Of a DNA stretch of 64,000 nt, positions 1 through 64,000 are shown in pieces. The position numbers and the translations under genes are program-made. Each line of letters starts with the position of its first letter. Position 1 is the first letter of the stretch. The stretch comes from the human T2T-CHM13v2.0 reference genome, Homo sapiens: NCBI RefSeq assembly GCF_009914755.1, contig NC_060928.1, one strand, 5' to 3'. The notes beneath the pieces are model-generated. The model was not told the DNA's origin. It searched no databases and saw only the letters and a program-made list of their open reading frames with translations.

Positions 1-66
1 TACTTAACATATAGATTTACAGTGTTGATTTTAATTTTCTTTCTGCCCTGTCTTAATTATCAAAAG

Positions 67-54393
<54,327 letters not shown>

Positions 54394-54900
54394 AAAAGTA
54401 ATTTGATCTGTGAACAAATTATGATTGTGTCTGTTTTATTACACTGGAGTGTTTTTTTAGTATAATAATTTGAAATATAACTTTAAAATAATTCTAAATT
54501 TGTGGCTATAATTAAAAGTTTGTAAGTTAACCTGTTCTAGTTCCATCATTCTGTGTACAGTGAAGTATTGCATGATAATGTAAATTTTGTGAAAAACTAG
54601 ATTAAAATATATAACTGCTTGTTATGGTTTATAATTATATAATGTGCAATACAATTCCTGCATCTTTAAAATGTCTGCAGAATAACTGTGAATTTTTTTG
54701 TTATTGGATTGGCCGTAACTTTTAGAAAAAAATCTTGTTGATGATAATGTGATTTTGGGGAGGTCATTAATTGCTTTTTCTTTTTTAAATGTAGACTTAT
54801 ATAAATACCTGTTTGTATATAGCTTGAGTAATTGTGATATGATTGTATACCACTAAAATATTGTTAACTATTATAATAAAGTCACAGTAATGGTTTAAGT
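54394..54900 (+). promoter_or_regulatory. BLTP1: BLTP1 3'UTR with a miR-25/32/92 8mer (GTGCAATA, 54644) and a Pumilio-like element (TGTATATA, 54814)
   Basis: AU-rich sequence between the stop and the poly(A) signal; motifs read directly, function not shown. Confidence 0.7.
54875..54880 (+). terminator. BLTP1: Polyadenylation signal AATAAA
   Basis: Canonical hexamer, upstream TGTA, downstream GU/U-rich tract. Confidence 0.8.
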
Positions 54901-55009
54901 CTGTAGTAGTTTTTCAATCTTTTTCTCCTTTTTATAATTAATAGATGCCCATGCTGTGTCACAGCTGATCAGATGCTTTCATAGAAGATGATGATTTATA
55001 CCTATATTA

Positions 55010-55325
55010 GAGTTGGGCCATAGGTTCTACCTCTGTGGATTCAATGAACTGCAGATCGAAAACAAACATTCAGGAAAAAAAAAATATTCCACCCAAGTTC
55101 CAAAAAGCAAAACTTTTGTATTTACCAAGTACATTAAGTCCACATGAATGAAGTGATGTGTAGGCATTTTATTAGGTATTGTAAATAATCTACAGATGAT
55201 TTTTAAAGAGTATCCAGGAGAATGTGCGTAAGTTATATTCAAACACTACACAATTTTACATGAGGAACTTGAGCATCTACGGATGTTCTGGAACCAATCC
55301 CCCAAGAACACAGGAAGATGACTAT
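55010..55325. mobile_element. Tigger3/MER7-type DNA element
   Basis: ccaagttccaaaaagcaaaactt...aataatctacagatgattt...ctggaaccaatccccc. Confidence 0.7.
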
Positions 55326-57981
55326 GTTTATAAAAAATTAGGGACAGGCACACAAGAGGTATATTAATAATACCTACGAGAAATATTAGGTATTGTTCTT
55401 TCTTAAGCTAATGGGAAATTCACAGCAAGTAATTTTTATTATACTATATTCCTTACGTGTTTGTATTTTTTGTGTGTATGAAGTTATATATAATGTATGT
55501 TATATATTACAGATACATATGTGTATTATGTACACACATTAAGTATAAAAAATTTAAAATGGCAAGATCTAAAATAATACTCAAAGGTAGCTATAATTAC
55601 CTCAGGTTGGAAATTAGCCAAGTCAGTATGGCCAGTTTAAAGATTGGGTAAACAGTAGAATTGAAGAGCTAGAGTTAGAAAACACCTAAAGAAAGCCTCT
55701 AGTGCAGACTCTTAGATTTAGGTAGATAAGACAGTTTTACCTCTAACAGATTAAACAACAAAAAACTCCAGAAGAGCTGGGGTACTTAGCCAAGGGTGTA
55801 GATCTAGTAAATGTTAGTAGGGGAATTAAGATTTGCTGTCTAATGTCACAAAGCAACTTAGTCACACAACCAAAACCCTAGTGTTTTAACAGTCCTAATT
55901 TTGTATTCTTTCTGCTAGGCCATCATAGCTGTCATCTATCTGATCTCTGAATCTGACCCCCAAATCTCTTAACATTGGTGCATATAAAATAACAAGTATA
56001 AACTTACCCTATTTCTGGCACTAACTGATAACGTTATAAAAAGCAAAAGGACAAATCTGTAACTACTTAAAATTTCTATGACTGTTGGACAAAGCTATGA
56101 GAAAACTAGCACATCTGTGCACTACTGATGAGAATGTAAATTGGTACAACTCCCATGAAGGACAATTAAGTAACAGCTGTCAAAATAATAAAGGCATATA
56201 ATTTTTACTGGACATACATACAATACTTCCCTGTGTGAAATAATTATACAAGCATGTATATTTGCGGTATTCTGCAACAGTGCAGTATTGTGGAAGTATG
56301 TTGCAGTATTCTTTGTAATAAATGGCTGGAAACAATTCAAATGTTCATCAGTGTAAGACAGGTTAATTAAAAGTGACATCCATTCAGTAGCATAGTATGC
56401 AACCATGAAAAAAAAGATGATCTCTAAGATTTATTCCTAAATTAAAAAACATGGTCAGCCGCTTAGATTACAAAGCTTCCAAGTGGTCTATTATAGTTAT
56501 TTTTTGAGTATCACGTACCTTGTTCTATTCCAGTAAATCACACGGTGCATCCAGATAACTTGTAAAATTTCAATAACATGTAAAAAAAAATTACATAAAG
56601 GATTTTGCTTTCCTATCGGCAAATATTGTACTTCTAGGCTTACTAGAGATCTGTGATTTGCAAACTGTCTATAGTGAAGAACCCTTTTTTAGAAAAAGTT
56701 GAACATGATATAAATCAATAATCTTGTAAAATATAGTAACAATTATTCAAAATGAAAAAAATTAAAATACACAAAGCTCAAATTTTTAATTATTAGGTTT
56801 GATTTACTAGATTCAAATGTTCCATCAATTGCTGTAAGAATTTCTAGGGTATTTCTGGCAACATAGCCCAATAGGAACAGCTCCAGTCTGCAGCTCCCAG
56901 CGAGACTGACACAGAAGAGGGTGACTTCTGCATTTCCAACTGAGGTACCTGGTTCATCTCATTGGGAATGGTTGGACAGTGGGTACAGCCCACGGAGGGC
57001 AAACCGAAGCAGGGTCGGGAGTCGCCTCACCCGGGAAGCGCAAGGGTTGAGGGGATTTCCCGTTCCTAGCCAAGGGAAGCTGCGAGTGACTGTACTTGGG
57101 GGAATGGTACACTCCTGCCCCAATACTGCACTTTTTCCACAGTCTTCGCAACCGGAAGACCAGGAGATTCCCTCTGGTGCCTGGCTCGGTGAGTCCCATG
57201 CCCACAGAGGCCAGCAAACTAAGATCCATTGGCTTGAAATTCTCAATTCTAGCATAGCAGTCTGAGATCGACCGGGGATGCTACAGCTTGGTGGGGGGAG
57301 GGGCTCGGCCATTGCTGAGGCTTGAGTAGGCAGTTTTATGCTGACAGTGTAAACAAAGCCTCCAGGAAGTATGAACTGGGCGGAGCCCACCGCAGCTCAG
57401 CAAGGCTGCCTCTCTAGATTCTACCTCTGTGGGCAGGACATCTCTGAACAAAAGGCAGCAGCCCCAGTCGGGGACTTATAGATAAATCCCCCATCTCCCT
57501 GGGACAGAGCACTCAGGGGAAGGGGCAGCTGTGGGCACACCTTCAACAGACTTTAAATGTCCCTGCCTGACAGCTCTGAAGAGAGTAGCGGTTCTCCCAG
57601 CACAGCGTTCGAGCTCTGATAACGGACAGACTGCCTCCTTAAGTGGGTCCCTGACCCCCGTGTAGCCTGACTGGGAGACACCTCCCAGTAGGGGCTGACA
57701 GACACCTTATACAGGAGAGCTCCGGCTGGCATCTGGCGGGTGCCCCCCTAGGATGAACGTTCTAGAGGAAGGATCAGGCAGCAATATGTGCTGTTCTGCA
57801 GCCTCCACTGGTGATACACAGGCAAACAGGGTCTGGGTGGACCTCCAGCAAACTCTAACAGACCTGCAGCTGAGAGGCCTGACTGTTAGAAGGAAAACTA
57901 ACAAACAAGAAGGACATCCACACCAAAACCCCATCCATAGGTCAGCAACATCAAAGAACAAAGGTAGATAAAACCACAAAG

Positions 57982-59007
57982 ATGGGGAGAAACCAGCACA
58001 GAAGGGCTGAAAATTCCAAAAACCAGAATGCCTCTTCTCCTCCAAAGGATCACAACTCCTCACCAGCAAGGGAACAAAACTGGACAGAGAACGAGTTTGA
58101 CAAATTGACAGAAGTAGGCTTCAGAAGGTGGGTAATAACAAACTCCTCTGAGCTAAAGGAACATGTTCTAACCCAATGGAAGGAAGCTAAGAACCTTGAA
58201 GAAAGGTTAGACGAATTGCTAACTAGAATAACCAGTGTAGAGAAGAACATAAATGACCTGATGGAGCTGAGAAACACAGCAAGAGAACTTCGTGAAGCAC
58301 ACACAAGCTTCAAAAGTTGAATCGGTCAAGTGGAAGAAAGAATATCAGTGACTGAAGATCAAATTAATGAAATAAAGGGAGAAGACAAGATTAGAGAAAA
58401 AAGAGTGAAAAGAAATGAACAAAGCCTCCAAGAAATATGGGACTATGTGAATAGACCAAACATACGTTTGATTCATGTACCTAAAAGTGATGGGGAGAAT
58501 GGAACCAAGTTGGAAAACACTCTTCAGGATATTATCCAGGAGAACTTCCCCAACCTAACAGGGAAGGCCAACATTCAAATTCAGGAAATACAGAGAACAC
58601 CACAAAGGTATTCCTCGAGAAGAGCAACCCCAAGACACATAATCGTCAGTTTCACCAAGGTTGAAATGAAGGAAAAAATGTTCAGGGCAGCCAGAGAGAA
58701 ATATTGGGTTACCCACAAAGGGAAGCCCATCAGACTAACAGCGGATTTCTCAGCAGAAACCTTACAAGCCAGAAGAGAGTGGGGGCCAATATTCAACATT
58801 CTTAAAGAAAAGAATTTACAACCCAGAATTTCATATCCAGCCAAACTAAGCTTTATAAGTGAAGGAGAAATAAAATCCTTTACAGACAAGCAAATGCTGA
58901 GAAATTCTGTCAACAACATGCTTGCCTTGCAAGAGCTCCTGAAGAAAGCACTAAACATGGAAAGGAAAAACCGGTACCAGCCACTGCAAAAACATACCAA
59001 ATTGTAA
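57982..59007 (+). pseudogene. L1 ORF1 with one premature TGA (58318-58320)
   Basis: MGRNQHRRAENSKNQ...NRYQPLQKHTKL split across two ORFs. Confidence 0.9.
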
Positions 59008-59070
59008 AGGCCATCAACGCTATGAAGAAACTGCCTCAACTAATGGGCAAAATAACCAGCTAGCATCATA

Positions 59071-62474
<3,404 letters not shown>

Positions 62475-63520
62475 TGCTCAATATCACTAATCATCAGAGA
62501 AATGCAAATTAAAACCACAATGAGGCTGGGTACCGTGGCTCATCTGGCCAAGGTGGGCAGATTACTTGAGGTCAGGAGTTTGAGACCATCCTGGCCAACA
62601 TGGTGAAACCCATCTCTACTAAGAATACAAAAAATTAGCTGGGTGTGGTGGCACACACCTATAATCCCAGCTACTCAGGAAGTTGAGGCATGAGAATCAC
62701 TTGAACCTGGGAGGCCGATGTTGTGGTGAGCCAAGATCATGCCACTGGACTCCAGAGCGAGACTCTGTCTCAAGAAAAAAAAAAAAAAAAACACCACACA
62801 GTGAGATATCATCTTTACACCAGTCACAATGGCTATTTATTACAAAGACAACAACAAATGTTGGCAAGGATTCAGAGAAAAGAGAACACTGTTTCACTGC
62901 TGAACACTTATTCACTATTGGTGGGAATGTAAATTAGTACAACCTCTATGGAAAACAGTGTGGAAATTTCTCAAAGAACTAAAAATAGAACTACCATTTG
63001 CTCCAACAATCCTACTACTGGGTAGCAGAGGATTTCTTTTCCTCTTTCCAAAGGAAAAGGAATTATTATGCCAAAAAGATACCTGCACTGTTATGTTTAT
63101 CACATCACTATTCACAATAGCAAAGATATGGAATCAACCTAAGCATCCAACAATGGATGACTGGATAAAGAAAATGTGGTATATATACACAACAGAACAC
63201 TACTCAGCCATAAAAAAGAATGGAATCCTATTCTGCAGCAATATGGATGGAATTGGAGGCTATTATTTTAAGTGAAACAACTCAGAAACACAAAGACAAA
63301 TACTGCATCTTCTCACTTATAAGCAGGAGCTAAATAATGTATACACATGGACATAGAGTGTGGAATGGATAGACAATGGAGACTCAAGGGTAGAGGGCTG
63401 GGGAGAATGATATTTCCCAATTGCTTAATGGATACAATGTACGTTATTTGGGTGATGGATACACTAAAAGCCCTAACTACATCACTATGCAATATATCCA
63501 TGTAACAATATTACACTTAT
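62475..63520 (+). mobile_element. Older L1 (L1MA/PB-like) 3' end
   Basis: [14 protein letters not shown]...KDTCTVMFI; distinct 3'UTR. Confidence 0.8.
62524..62790 (+). mobile_element. Alu with two internal deletions, nested in the older L1
   Basis: Lacks gcctgtaatcccagcactttggga and cctgggcgac; ccaca..tgag flanking repeat. Confidence 0.85.
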
Positions 63521-64000
63521 CTTCTACGAGTAAAATGCGGAACATTTATTGGACAGTTAAGAGGGGCAAGAGTGGGAAGCAGGAAGACCTGTTCATAAGC
63601 TATCACAGAAATCCCAGGAAAAGGTAATAGTTGTTTGGACTAGGGTGGCAGCAGTGGAAGTGGTAAGAAGTGGATTCATTTGGGCAATGTTGTGGAGACA
63701 GCCAACAGAACTAACTGATGGAATGGGAGTTGGGGGAAAGAAAGGAGTCAAGGATAATTCTTGGGCATGGTCAGATAACTTATATTAATTAGATTAGAAA
63801 TTAGGAAGAGCATCCATTCCTCAAGCCAAGGCAGCCCCAAACCAAGGTATATGTCTTGCTTAGCAGAGTAAAGCTGTACTTCAGCCCCACTCACTCCCTT
63901 GGCTTGGTGTTCTTGTTCACAACCTTATACTCTGGCCTTGCTTCTGAGGTTCTGGCTTTAGCAACTGAGTTAATGAGCAACTGAGTATCATGTACTGAGA

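Overview
Primate (most likely human) genomic DNA, AT-rich and repeat-rich. It holds the 3' third of BLTP1/KIAA1109 (bridge-like lipid transfer protein 1, the Alkuraya-Kucinskas syndrome gene) on the + strand. I traced 29 constitutive coding exons with GT-AG junctions and consistent phase (5174 nt, about 1724 codons) ending ...KGKDKEEH-TAA at 54393, then a ~500-nt 3'UTR with AATAAA at 54875. Two in-frame cassette exons missed by the ORF track are also present (201 nt at 8466, 63 nt at 17988). Downstream is a near full-length decayed L1PA fused to an older L1 3' end. Introns carry Alus, old L1/L2/MIR, Tigger and hAT MITEs, LTRs and one very young 5'-truncated L1HS-like insertion with a perfect TSD. 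The most interesting signal is cryptic splicing architecture. One phase-0 intron (17454-20246) holds a cluster of candidate cassette, micro- and terminal exons that could truncate or tune the lipid bridge. The last intron holds candidate alternative C-terminal modules. All alternative-exon calls are sequence inferences that need RNA-seq. Repeat subfamily names are from memory of consensus sequences and their boundaries are approximate.
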